DNA of 59,621 nucleotides, filler included, from Sluysia triapertura (Eukaryota): assembly GCA_046118255.1 (NCBI GenBank). It is 5 parts of 5 records of this genome, joined end to end, with 100 filler letters (N's around TTAATTAATTAA, not from the genome) between each part and the next. Parts side by side here need not be neighbours in the genome. Positions count along the whole stretch, not along the records: positions 23,836 to 34,942 come from JBJNIA010188787.1; positions 35,043 to 47,516 come from JBJNIA010105541.1; 3 more parts are not named here. One strand, 5' to 3'. A program made the translations under genes and the position numbers. Of this stretch, positions 25,770-39,100 are shown one piece after another. Below the pieces are notes generated by a model, which worked only from the letters and a program-made list of their open reading frames with translations, was not told the DNA's origin and searched no databases. How positions within the stretch are numbered: position 1 is the first letter of the stretch; each line of letters starts with the position of its first letter.

Positions 25770-26200
25770 TAGGGAGACTCCTTGCCCAAATTTTTTTCTA
25801 GTTTTGCGGCTATCAAGTTAAATAATACTAATATTATTACTGATTTCAATTTCTTCAGATTTTGGTATTTTTTATTTTGTTGCTTGTTGCGTAGCCTCTG
25901 GTTTCTTTGGATTAATTGTTGTGGTCGTAATATTGTCATAAGTTTTATGGTTAACTTCGAAATTTAGTTGTTTTTCATTTAGTTTACTTATATTATTGTT
26001 CTAGAAGAGAATTATAATAACAGGTTGTATTTGAATTTTTCATTATTTATTATTGACTTCTTGTTATTATTTTAAATTAAGAACGTAATTTTTAATAAAC
26101 ATCATTATCAAAATAAGAAAATTTGTGATATTATTTAAGTAACGTAAATTAATACTGTATTATTGTTGTTATTGATTTAAGTCTCAACAAATTAATTAAA
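25770..26200 (-). repeat. Dispersed repeat homologous (inverted) to about 36330-36720 and 40843-41233
   Basis: Shared aatttc.aagttaac.ataaaa, caaagaaaccagagg and aaaataccaa.atct.aagaaattgaaatca.taataatatt. Confidence 0.75.
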
Positions 26201-27789
26201 TATTAAATTTATTTTCCATAAAAAATGCGTCATATTAACCGTACATTACGCATCGATTTCAATTACTTATCTGAATTGGTATCTTAATAAGCATTAATTT
26301 GTTATGTATTTTGATTATGCTCGAGCATTACAGGATACAAAATTTAACTTTACATTAGAGAAAATTAATTGAAATAACTAATTTTTAGTTATCAGCATCG
26401 ACTTGCTTAGCTACATCTCAATATCAATAATACTAATGAGTTCGGATATTATTTTCTCATATGCAGATATTTATCATTAAATTATTAAACCAAACAATTA
26501 TTAATTAAAATAATAAATTAATGTGGTTTTGTATTTTCAAGAGAAAAACATTATAAAGGGTTTTCTTTTCATATCTTTCTTTTTTTCAAATTTAAACATT
26601 TTACCAATAAAGTCAAGATATTTTACTTTATTCTTTTAATAATACTTGTTTTATCATTATTCTACAAATTATAGTACTAATATGTGCTCCACCTTATTTT
26701 CTCGTATATAATTGTTCTAAAGATACTATACTGACACTAAAAAATTTTACTGGTCTTTGACACTAAAATGAAATGTAAACATTTGTTAATAAACTCAAAA
26801 TTTCGACATAATTATTAATCAGTAGGAAAGTTATATCGACAGAATTATTGTTAATTCAGAAAGATAATGTTTAAATATGAGTTAATGGTAGTTTAAAGCT
26901 ACTTTTAAAACATTTATAAATTTCTAAATTTGTTAAGCATAGCTTAATAAATTAAAATTTCAGTATTGTTTTTCTTTTATTTATTATTCGTTTATTGTGA
27001 TGGATATATTTAGCTAATTTTCGAGAACATATTTTTGAAGTCTCATTGTTTCTGTCGAAAATTGTAAATTGTTAAAGATAAATTAATAAAAAATTAACAT
27101 TAGTAACTATTAAAGAATTGTTGATTAGTTAATTAAAATAATTAAAGACTTACAAATAGTTAAAGAATTGAGCTGTGGATTATAATCCAAAATTATACAA
27201 TGATTTTTAGAAGTATAAGAGTGTATACTGAACGATTATAATTCATACATTTAAAATAAATAATATCAATAAAAGCACAGGAGTTAAATATTTTCCAAAG
27301 ACTCAATAGTCAAATGTATTTGAAATCAATCACTCAGGCGTAAACTTGCCCGTGTTCTAATTAATAGCACATTAAAAAATCTATGGAGGTTCCTTCCATT
27401 AGGATTTAAGCCACCTACTATAAGCGAACCTAACGAATGAAATATGCAAATTTCATTTCACGTAGGTAGGAAAAAGAACTCGCATTAATATTATTACACT
27501 AATATTATTATCAAGTTTTAATGCTGTTATCATTATATTATTATTACTATTATTATATTATCATTATTTCGTTCGCTTTTTTAACCTGAGGCATTGACAA
27601 CCATAAGACTGTTATAAATGATGCATCTGTATATCAACAGTGGAAAGTTTTAGAGTAAATGCAATAAAAAGTCGAAGTGAAAAGGTTATTTTGTGTAAAG
27701 GTTATAGTCATATTTACTATACATTATAAGGCGGATTAAAGTTTAAATTATTTTGTTAAATACGTTTTATTTGTGAGAAACCCAGGCAT

Positions 27790-27875
27790 TATTCTTAATC
27801 TTATTATTAGACTTCATAAAATGGACTGACCGGGGATAGACCCGGGACCTCTCGCTGCGCAGTTCGATGAACTGA
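27790..27875 (-). mobile_element. tRNA-derived SINE head (or tRNA pseudogene)
   Basis: AGAGGTCCCGGGTCTATCCCCGGTCAGTCCA resembles a tRNA variable loop, T-arm and acceptor with a degenerate B box; no intact D-arm; second fragment at 15.04 kb. Confidence 0.6.
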
Positions 27876-28189
27876 AAACTTTTATTTTACAACAAAAACA
27901 AGTACGTATATAATCAAATAATATTTTACAATAAATATAAATAAATGGATCATATTTATATCAAAAAAAGTAGTTAATGTAATAAGGCTGATACTGATTG
28001 TCCATTTAAGAAATTAATATTCGTGATACTTCTGCCACTTGTGCTGCTGGTGATAATAATTGTTGTTAATAATTGTTGTTGAACCATGGGACCACAAGCA
28101 TACCATTGATAAGTCAGAAAAAACAAAGAAAGATATTAAATCACAATCACACCAATGATAAATCACAGACATACAATTAAGTGGGTGAA

Positions 28190-28630
28190 ATAAATAAATG
28201 AGAATATAAGAAAATAAATAAGGGACAATATAAATAAATAAAAATAAAAAACCATTGAATGCAAAATGAAAAGAAGAAGGAAATGAAATTGTGAAAGAGA
28301 ATATCAGTTGTCGTATGATATATTGATTAAAGATTGAAGATTAAAATCCCCCAAGATAGAGGATAAATAAACTCATTAAAGTACCAAGATTAAGTCACAT
28401 ATGACAACAATATTATCTTTGTAGGATATTGGAGGGAATGGTCCTTGTAGATATTAAAGGAGGATTCAGTGGAAAGTTTGATACACTGGCGTGCCAAACC
28501 AGTTATATCGGCTCTGCGGAGGCCTAGTTTTTTCAGAAGGATATCATTTTGAGAATCCCAAGAACCAAGTACTCCAACGAGAAACGTGTCAGGGGAAACC
28601 CACTGAGCTTCAGCCCCGTCTAACAATTTT
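28190..28630 (-). mobile_element. 3' fragment of the same RLE non-LTR family as 13.6-14.9 kb
   Basis: ADITGLARQCIKLSTESSFNIYKDHSLQYP here vs ADITGLACQCIKLSLESSFNIYKDHSLQYP at about 14600-14690. Confidence 0.85.
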
Positions 28631-28735
28631 TAGATTATTATACTCAATTACATTATGACATCTTAGACCTGTATCCCAACATTATTGCAAGTGTCTTTAT
28701 GAAGAACTTAACCTACTTACAAAATGTTTGATGAG

Positions 28736-29460
28736 TCGGTTCGCCTAATATAAACGGTTGGAGACGTGCTATTAGGGTTTTTATGAATTATACTTAACTT
28801 AAAAATTAACTTACACCTTACTCTGCATATGACAAAAATAATTAATCACTTGAGTCTTTTAAATTTTATTACAACCCTTTATAAGGTGTTGTTGATCAAA
28901 TTATAAGTTTATACTTCCGCAAACAGTATAAGGTGTTGCTTTAAAAATATTATCAGAATTTAGAGATTACTCAACCATTCTTAAGGTGTTGCTTCAAAAT
29001 AATTTTTAAAAAGCTTTAAGTTACACAACCATTTTGTTAAAAATCAAAGATCATTTAATTAGTAAAGAGTAACTAAGTAAATCTATTACGATTTATTATT
29101 TCAAACTAAACAAAATTTTACAAAAAATTTTATAAAAGAAAAATATTATAGTATAAATAGTGAATTTGACAATTCAACCTTAATTGATTGTTTTTATATT
29201 TTAATTAATAAGGTGTTAATACAAAAAAATTGAATGATTTTTAGTATATTTTTGTATTCCTATATTTTAGTATATTTTTGTGAATACTTTAAACCTATAC
29301 ATATAAAAATTACTTTGAAGTCATGGATCTTCTTTGGTGAAAAAATCTTTCTTCGAAAAATTGCTGCTTAAAAATTACTCTAAAATTTTATCAATATTTG
29401 TTGTGTTGATTTCTAAAACATTAATGCTATTTAAAATAGCTTACCTGTCGCCATATTGAA
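28736..29460 (-). repeat. Copy B of the hairpin/micro-exon family
   Basis: Units at 28872-28891, 28919-28938, 28971-28991 and a partial unit at 29026; terminal hairpin 28736-28776; 32-33-nt GT-AG spacers. Confidence 0.65.
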
Positions 29461-29770
29461 TTTTATTAAAATAGTTAAAATAAAGAAAATATTTAAAAAT
29501 AAAATATTTATTTAAATTTCTTGAAACCCTAATTTTAACTTTATTTTTAATTTTAAAACTTTTAATATTAAATTATATATTAAATTATTTTATTAATTTT
29601 CTTTTTTTGCTATTTTATTAATTTATTTTATTTCGTTAATATAACAATAAAACAATTATTTTATAAAATTATAAAATTTACAGAATTCACATGTTATATA
29701 ACTAATAGACAAAAATATATAATAAAATTTACAACTTGGCATTATTATTGTTATTATTATGTGAATAAAA

Positions 29771-29818
<48 letters not shown>

Positions 29819-31515
29819 TAATTAATAACAACAGTAGTCTTATCTAAATATAAATAATTAAAATAAAAATATTATATACAACCCGACATTTCCATTCTCA
29901 TCTAAATATTTTCGTTTTTAGAAAATGAGTACTTATTAATTATATGTGATACATCCATACGATGTACACACATAAATAGATGAAAAATAGTTAAATTGAC
30001 AAAAAAATATACGTTTTTCACATCTTTATTACGGTTACGTTACTGTTCTGGTAAAATTCTACCACGATGGTTGAGTTTCTGTTTTTGGACAAATTTAGAT
30101 CACAAACATATTTATGTTGCATTGCAACTAATTCGAACAATATTGATACTTGATTGGCGATTCCTCGATGCAATCGATAATATCAAACAGAGTATTGGTT
30201 TTCATCATTTAAATGGACTGTACAATGTTTTTATTGTTACGAGAGGATTTTTGATTTGAAATATTTTTTGCAAGTTTATTGTTATAAGTTCTGTATTTGC
30301 TAGGAGACATAAAATCTAGGTAAACTCATTAATTGTTCTTCTTTCTAGTTTTGGCTAGAGATAATTTCTCTATAAACGTAAAAAGATGATTTAGAATTAA
30401 ATATTCTAAATATAATTTTGTCAATATTTTTATATGCTTATATTATAGTTCAGTTTTGTACTATTAAATTTTAGCATTTTTAATAATAAACTTTAAAAAG
30501 TTTGTTTTCTAGTTATTTTAATAGAAAAAATTTGTGATTTGTTGTAAAGTATAAAGAATTTAAATTTGATAGTGAATAATCACAAATTGTTAAGGAATAA
30601 GAGTAAACTGAATTTGTAAGTAAAGTCAAAAAGATATTCATTTTTAAGAATTATTATTAAAAAGACCAAGAATGTTTAGGGAAGTAAAATAAAGTAACAA
30701 GAGAAATCAACACAGTTGTTAACAAACGATTTCAATTAAGAAATATTAAAATGTTCAACAATCGAAAAACTCAAGCAAGAGTCAGGTTCAAAATAAAGTT
30801 ACTCGCTTAAGTAGAGAAATTAATTTAGGTAGTAAACATTTATAATTAAGAGGTAATTTGAGTTAGTGTTAAGTACTTGAATACATAAATAAGAGTTTGA
30901 CAAGTACAAAGGTATAAGCGATATAATTTTCCAGAAGGTTTCGTAAATAGATTCACAGAATACATATAGATCCTAATACGTAAATCTTATACATGTACAT
31001 CCTACAGATACGTTACCTTAAATATAAATAGTAGATCGTAGACGTACCCGGAGTAAAATAACACATTCGCACGTCAAATCTCTTAAAGCATTTAATCGAA
31101 AAAATCAGTGCAACTACTATTATTGTTGTTATAGATTAAGTACAAAAATTTCCTTTGTAGATTTATATAATTAAATGAATTTGATGCAAAGAATCATGTT
31201 TATCTAAAATAATTTGAAATTCGTTTAAAATTTTAAATATTCGTTTATCTTTAAATACAAAATTATTAGTTTCCTAATAATGACACACTTGTTATAATTA
31301 TTTTTAATAAGTTCAATAATTTTATCCGTAAATTTTAAATATTAAGCTGTAACTAATTTTATTCTATTTAAAAATCTTTGTTTGTTTATTTCAGTGAATT
31401 ATTTTGTTTATATAATGGATGTTAAACTAATAGAAGATTTCTATTTTCTAATGAATTCATTATTTTAATTCTTTTTTAAATTATTTGTAAAACTTACACG
31501 ATCTATTAATCACAA

Positions 31516-32743
31516 ATGGCATTGGGATGTGCCCCTTTTAAACCTGAATCTGAAGAACAAAAAAATCGAAAAGAATCAAATAAAAGAATTGAGAAGCACA
31601 TTGAAAAGGAAAAAAGATCATTTAAATCCACTCATCGTTTATTGTTGTTAGGGGCTGGAGAGTCAGGCAAATCTACTATTGTAAAACAAATGAGGATATT
31701 ACATATTAATGGTTTTTCTGCCGAGTAATTTTTTTAATTTATATTTAAAACTAAAACAGAGAAAAAATTCAAAAAACTTTAGACATTCGTAAAAATCTTA
31801 GAGATGCTATCTTAGTAAGTTTTACTCGTCTTATTTACGTAAAATAGACCATAACAAGTGCTATGTCCACTTTGAATCCTCCAGTTAAATTAGATTGTCC
31901 CGATAATGAACCCAAAATGGAATATATGCAACATGTGGCTTCTAGACCTGATTTCAATTATCCTAAAGTAACTTGTTATAAATTATGTTATTATTTAAAG
32001 GAATTCTATGAATATTGTCGGGATTTGTGGAAAGATAAAAGTGTTTTAGAGGCTTATGAAAGATCTAATGAATATCAATTAATAGATTGTGCAAAATAGT
32101 AATTTATAATTGCTAATTTTATTTTTTTAAGTTTTCTTGATCAAGCTATAAAACTTGGTGAACCTGAATACGTTCCAACAGAACAAGTAAGTGGTGATTT
32201 ACATACAATTCATTAAAGAAACTTAAATTATTTGATAATTGTCAATTAATTCTATGTACAAATTAAAAACAATAGTACTTAATGTATTTAGTATGTATAA
32301 ATTTATAATCGTTTTATAGTTTAAAATTTTTTGCAACTAAGGAAAAGAATTTATAATGCTTAAATAGTTTATGAATGATATGGGTATTAACTTAATTTAA
32401 ATATTTCGATATTTTTAAATTTTGAGTATACTTGCATTTTATCGAGATATTTCAAGAAATGTTAAATGTATAATGCAATGTAATATTAGGATATTCTCCG
32501 GTGTCGTGTTTTAACTTCTGGTATATTCGAGACCAAGTTTAATGTGGACAAAGTGAATTTTCATATGTTTGATGTTGGTGGACAGCGTGATGAAAGGAGA
32601 AAATGGATTCAGTGCTTCAATGATGTAACTGCCATTATTTTTGTGACTGCTTGCTCTTCGTATAACATGGTGCTGAGAGAGGATTCTAGTCAAAATCGTC
32701 TAAAAGAATCACTTGAATTGTTACGCAGTATATGGAATAATAG
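31516..32743 (+). CDS. GNAS: G protein alpha-s subunit, exons 1-6 (31516-31724, 31760-31814, 31848-31967, 32001-32098, 32132-32186, 32490-32743); 3' exons not found in the window
   Basis: [81 protein letters not shown]. Introns of 35, 33, 33, 33 and 303 nt keep the frame. Confidence 0.96.
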
Positions 32744-34299
32744 GTATATACTTATCAAAAATTCTAAATTTATGAAAATTTGACATACCTAATTCGATTA
32801 TATTACAATTAATTTCGTTAGAATATTAAAATATAAATTAATATCTAATTATAGGTGTATATTTAACCTACTTCGGTACTAAAATTGCATGATACAAGCT
32901 TCTTTTAAAACAAAGCACCAAAAGTGCATCATCTATTAAACGTTTTTAATTATTTGTTGAATATTCTTACTAGGAGGGAATATTTTTATACATTTTGTTT
33001 TTTTTACATATTTGTATTGTGATACATCGAAATTAAAACTTGTATCAGATTTGTTGATATTAATTTAATATCTAAAATATGAGTTTGATATATTTTAAAT
33101 CAAGAAATATGTGCAATTTATATCCTAGATTATTATTATTTCATATTATTTGCTTCATAATTTATACTTCTTAATACTCAAAACTTTTAGCTCAGGATGT
33201 GTGTATATATGGTCCAGAATGAAAATGATCGGCTTTGTATTGCTATTTATTAATATTTACATTTGAAATTTAAATGACAAGTATGTCTTTATATAAATAA
33301 TTTTATAGTTTCTAATATCTAACTGAAGTTTATTAACAATTTGTTAGTTTTATAATAATCGGCTTTCTAATCGCATTAATACGTTTTGAATATTTGTATT
33401 ATTATGAAAATTAGAATTAAAAAAACGTTTAGAAACCCGTCCTCTAATAAAATGTAGACAATTTTATAGTGAATGATATAAATCATGCTTAAACATTACC
33501 ACCGTTTTCTAAATTTCAAATAACGTGAAGCATATTTAATTAGATATCACAACACTAACTTTCTATATTGTAGCAGCCGTATTACAATTTAAATTAAATA
33601 TTTTTAACAACAGTACATAACAATGATAAAGAGACTTCCATAACATTTTCGATAATGTTGAGGTCAGATTGTGTTCTGTTTAACATAAAGCAGCACAATT
33701 TTATTGGTGTAAGAGACGATTATCTTACTAAAAAATTGTATTGGTGCCAATAAATGGTGGACATTTAGGAAAATAATATTTTTATGTTAATTACCATTTA
33801 ATTTTCCGTCAAATAATTTTCTGAGTCAATGAAATTTCGCCATGTACTATCATTGCTCCTCTTGATTTCGATTCCACATGTTTTCATAGTTCTTCAAATA
33901 GTTTGACAAACAGGTGAATAGCTTTGCGTCAATCTTAGAAGATGCGACTTTATTCTAGAACGTACTACGTATTTTCCACTAACTTCTTTAAACCACGCCC
34001 TTTTAAAGAATATTTTAAAATATAAAAAAATAGATGTACATGGTTCATTTCATTTTAAAACAATTATATTAAAATGACACTTAATATTCAACGATAATAT
34101 TCAAGCGATCAATAATAAAATTAAATTTATGCGTTTTATAAAATCAAGTAATAAGAAAGGTTGGTTAATTTCAGTTTCAGTTACTTTCTAATCGATTTTA
34201 CAATTTACTAATTTATTTTGACTAAAAATTACAACAGATTTTCGATGGTAGATATATTTCATTTGTACAAATTATATATCCGTTTGCGGATTATCCGTA

Positions 34300-34942
34300 G
34301 ATAATATTTAGAACAGAAATAAAGAATATTCCTGTTGACTACTACAATCAAAAAGGAGCATGGATAGACAGAAGGATCTTTGAACATTGGTTAAAAATAA
34401 ATGGGTTCCAGAAATTGGAGTTCTTTTAAACAGTAAAGGACTGGTGCCTCACCAACGCTAACGTCATCAAAGAATTTATTGAAATATTTTTTTGTAAAAT
34501 TTTTACCCATTGAATATGTCAACTATCGTCAAAGAAATCAAGAATAGGACAAAGCACCGTAAACCTACCTTAATAAATTCGCAAACCAGTCTTTCAGTGT
34601 TCACGATGTATTAGTAAAACATGGAGTTTCCGCGAGGTTACCACAAAAGGATTGTGGTACCACAGAAAGAAGTAATGTTATTAGATAATGATCCTTGTCA
34701 TCCAAATGAATGCATACTGAAGACAGACGACGGCTTTATAGCTGCAAAATTTTTACCATCTAATGTAACGCCTTTAATTCAACCTATAGATCAAGGAATT
34801 ATCTCTTTAATGAAACGCCATTATCGCAATGATATTCTTAGAAGCTTTGTGACGAGAATGACGAATTAATGAATTTATGGAAAAAATGACAATGTTGGAT
34901 GCAATATATGGAGCTGTTAAATCTTGGAACAAAATTAAGCCA
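34300..34942 (+). mobile_element. pogo/Tigger (DDE_1) transposase remnant
   Basis: PVDYYNQKGAWIDRRIFEHW; LLDNDPCHP; FLPSNVTPLIQPIDQGII..MKRHYR. Confidence 0.85.
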
Positions 34943-35042
34943 NNNNNNNNNNNNNNNNNNNNNNNNNNNNNNNNNNNNNNNNNNNNTTAATTAATTAANN
35001 NNNNNNNNNNNNNNNNNNNNNNNNNNNNNNNNNNNNNNNNNN

Positions 35043-35116
35043 GTTCAACGCGATTTCCTATAACGCGATTTCATACAACACGTAACATATTAATCGCGTT
35101 ATACGGGAGTCTACTG
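35043..35116 (+). mobile_element. Right terminus of a pogo/Tigger-like element
   Basis: Subterminal taacgcgatt repeats and the end ...cgcgttatacgggagtctactg followed by TA. Confidence 0.6.
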
Positions 35117-35824
35117 TACTAACAATCGTTTGTTAAATTTTTTAGACTTTATTTACGTCGAATATAAAATTGTTTTGTAAAATCTTGTTGATTATATAAA
35201 AATTAGTATTTGATAATTTCTAAATTATTATTATTTATTATAAATAAGGATTTAAATAATTTGTTTAAGATCATATTGTTATCATTATACTTTGTAACAT
35301 AGTTAACGGTATTTCATATAAATAATTTATCTTTGACTTTTATTTATAATTTGTTAAACCTTATAATGTCTAAATCTTATAATAATAAATCTTTTATTTT
35401 AATTTGCTGTGTCTACTTAACATAAGTTAATGTATTGTTCACTACTAAGAGGAAAAATATTTCTAAAATTTTAATTTCTTAAGGCATTCATTAACTCCTA
35501 GGTAACCTGTCATAGTAAAAAATTTACTAGCATATTCCCTATTAAAACCATTAATTTGACAACATATTGACGTGTCATTGTTCATATGATATCTGCTCTT
35601 TGAAGAAGCTGAATAACTTATATAGATTTAACGTAAGGCAAAATCCTGGATCGTAATAAAAACAAAAATTTCATTTAATCTATATCCTTTTTAAATAACA
35701 GGATCTTATTTAAAATACTTGACTTAATTTCGCTGTAAAAGCGGAAACCCAACATTAATAAAACCAATAGCAAGAATATTTAAGACATCATTAATTGACC
35801 TCCATTTTTACAATTTTATCTTAC

Positions 35825-35880
35825 GCTAACACATACGAACTGGCTCTTAAGTGAGTAAGTCCAGGATCTTAAGGAGCTCA
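35825..35880 (+). ncRNA. Twister-like pseudoknot motif, copy X1
   Basis: UAA-CACAU-AC-GA-ACUGG-CUCUUAAG-UGAGU-AA-GU-CCAGG-AUC-UUAAG-GA-GCUCA; aligns with the 55.3-kb and 58.9-kb copies. Confidence 0.35.
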
Positions 35881-37059
35881 CACACATTCAATTGAGTTAT
35901 ATAATATAATATAATATAGGCATAATTAAATATTGTTAGAGCAAGAATAATGAACAATCATTTTGAAAGAATAATCATTTTGAAACCGGTGAACATATTA
36001 GAATTCCAAAGAACTTTGCTTGGAACTTTTAAAATGTTCAAATATTAAAATTATGTTTAATTATATTAAAGATAAATTTGATACATTAATAATTAAAATA
36101 AAAAAGTAGTAAAAGGAATCAGAGTAGTGACGGTGAAAACAACCAGAGCCTCCTGCGTATCTTATAAAGTATTGAACAACTTTATAACCATAATAAAACC
36201 TTTAAAGTTAGAATAAAATAAGTTAAAATAATTAATTAATTAATTAAATCTTAATTAGGAAAAATTACGTTTATGTCTATTGAATAATTGACAATTTATT
36301 GAATAATTGTTTAAAATCAATAGTAACAGTAAGCCAGTATTAATTTAATTTACTTAAATAAAATTAATTGATTAAATTAATAAACTTAAATGATTTCAAT
36401 ATCCACTAGATCAAGTTTAACTTATAAAAATTTTCTTATTTTAAATATGTTCTTAATTTATATTAAAAACAATGAGTCAATAATATAATAATTACAAAAT
36501 CAAATACAAGTCGTTATTATAAGTCTCTGCTTGAACAATAATACAAGTAATCTAAATGGAAAATAACTAAATTTCAAAGTTAACAATAAAATTTTTGACA
36601 CTAATAAGACAAGAAAAATATATTCAAAGAAACCAGAGGTGATTTAATAAAGAACAAAAATTAAAATACCAATATCTAAAGAAATTGAAATCAATAATAA
36701 TATTTTTATCTTGTCGAATAACTGTAAAATAATTTGCGCAGTGTTCCTCGATTTCAGAATGATTTTAAACACTTTACTGTTCATTATTCTTGATCTAGAA
36801 ATATTTGATTATATTTATATTATCACATTTCAGCTGTTTTCTATCACTTTCTTATATATTTTAAATTCACATAACTTATAATCTATATTCTATACACTAA
36901 CTGGACAATCCCAACACATCAATTATATAAAATCAAATCAAGGAAAAATCCAGTCCCGACAGCGATGAAAAGAGGTAGCCCATAGATACTATGTTTATAT
37001 TAGTCTTGCCAAATTAATTAAATAATTAATTAAGTAATTAATAATAATAATCAAATTAA

Positions 37060-37630
37060 TTACTTAATAAATAGTTTATCAAAATTGTATTCAATAAATA
37101 ATTTCGCCAACTTGTTTTAAAACTAATTTTTTATTCAATAAATAGTTTTCCCAAATTGTATTCCAAGTAATAATTTAATCAATAGTCTCTAAATTGTTTT
37201 TAAACTAATTATTCAATAAAGCTTCTCTAAATTATTTTCAAACTAATTATTCAATAAATAGTTTTTGCAAATTGTATTCAAACTAATCATTCAATAAATA
37301 TTTTAATAAATAGTTCAGTAAATAGTTTTTTAAATTGTTTTCAAACTAATTCTTTATTCAATAAATAGGTTTTAATTATTAAATAAATATTTAAATAAAT
37401 AAATATTTATATAATTATTGAATAGTTTTTTTTAATTTTCAAATCAATTATTCAAATAGTTTCTCCAAATTGTATCAAACTAATTATTGAATAATAGTTT
37501 CTCAAATATGTATTCAAACTAAATGTTGAATGATTAGTATTCAAATTGTTTTTAAATTGTTTATCTCAATTGTATTCAACTATTTATTCAATAAATATTT
37601 TTTCTATGTTGTTTTCAAATTAATTATTTG
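37060..37630. repeat. Degenerate minisatellite of about 38-40 bp (aaattgtattcaaactaattattcaataaatagtttctc)
   Basis: Tandem units here and at about 38400-38560, 39840-40350, 41570-42140, 42915-43070 and 44350-44875. Confidence 0.9.
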
Positions 37631-38601
37631 TATTCTTAGTGTAGTGCACCTTCTTTAGAATAATTTTTTTAGTGTTATATTTTGACTTAAAATTTATTTA
37701 TCCAATTGTGACTTTATTTTCTTCATGGTTAATTTATTTTCACAGTTAATATTGTTATTCAACCAGTTTCTTTATAGGATAAAATATATTTTTAAATTAT
37801 ATTCTATATATTTTCGTTTATATTAGGCCAATTTATTAAAAACAAACCATGATAGCAATAAAATTATTATTATAATTATTATTTTTGTGTCTTTTATACT
37901 TTTTATTTTAAAAATTATCACTTAAAACTCAGTAACTAAATAAATTCAAAATCTAGATATATTTTTTTACATTATTACAAGATTACAACAAATATTCTTT
38001 ACAATAATAACAAAACAAATTATTCTTTAAGAGTTATTGTTTATCTACTTCAAAATTACAATCTGTTAATATTAACAAATCCAGACCAGGGGTCACAATT
38101 TATTTTTAAATTATACACCCATATTAATACAAAATGCAATCAATAATGAACACGTTACCAACCATTGTTCCTATTTAATAAAAATGCTTTATTTTAGCCA
38201 ATTTCTGAAGAAATAGCTTCAATTCAATAGTTATCCACTGATGAATTGAAGCAGCGTCCCTACATATAGAACATTTTGTTATCTTAACTCTATTTATTGT
38301 CTCTGTCCTTTTTCTTTAATTTTCTTGCAGAAGTGTAACCGCTTATATAGCAGTTTTATGATAATAACATTCACCTATTCTGTTATTCTGAGTCTTATTA
38401 AATAAAGTATTTAATCAATTGTTTCTCTAAATTGTTTTCAAACTAATTATTCAATAAGCAGTATTCAAATTAATTATTGAATAAATAGTTACTCTAAATT
38501 GTATTCTAACTATTATTCCATAAATAGTATTCAAACTAAGTATTGAATAAATATGTTCAACTTTTTCTAAGTTAGGAACAATTATGAAATTATTAAACTT
38601 A

Positions 38602-39100
38602 TCGGTTCGCCTTTGACGTACGGTTTATATTACGTGATAGACGTACTCACAGGATTTTTGGAGAAAAATGCTACGTAAAGAAATCCTTACTACTTAGTTG
38701 CAATAACTATGCTGATGCCTCAAATATATTTTTGCAATACCTGTCTAATTTGTAGATGTTCTACTATAACTTAATTAACAGTTACTTATTCAAAAGTAGG
38801 CGAAAATCGTTTAATTATTTACTTGAACTATAATTAATCAATTAATTAATTAGTAAAATTAACTATATCAAATACAAAAACTTCAAGAATCAAAGGATAT
38901 ATTTATCAAAAATAATAGAAAAATATATAAATTATAAAGAAAATTGAAACTATGAATATAGATATAAAACTTCAGGATTTGTCCTGGATAATAATAAATT
39001 TTTGATTTTGAATAAGATTTTGACTAAGGCGAATGCTTGAGTTTCGAGATTATGGTGATTTTTAGTGTATATTAAGGCAAAGTATTATTGCTGGAACTTA
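38602..39100 (-). repeat. Divergent copy C of the hairpin family (duplicated at 43115-43613)
   Basis: Terminal hairpin TCGGTTCGCCT...AGACGTAC...AGG at 38602-38653; shares gatataaaacttc and gctggaactt with copy A; lacks CAACACC units. Confidence 0.55.

Noticed and set aside
27822-27875. Functional tRNA gene
   Set aside because: T-loop lacks TTC, no D-arm or 5' acceptor strand, and a second deleted copy shares non-tRNA flank, which fits a SINE.
28728-28760. Hammerhead ribozyme (TGATGAG followed by GG-TTCG-CC)
   Set aside because: No GAAA after the stem, and the CUGAUGA core is not conserved in copies A and C.
38602-38662. U5 snRNA (TTCGCCTTT plus Sm-like ATTTTTGG)
   Set aside because: The invariant loop GCCUUUUAC is not matched, the enclosing stem is absent and the sister copies lack both features.
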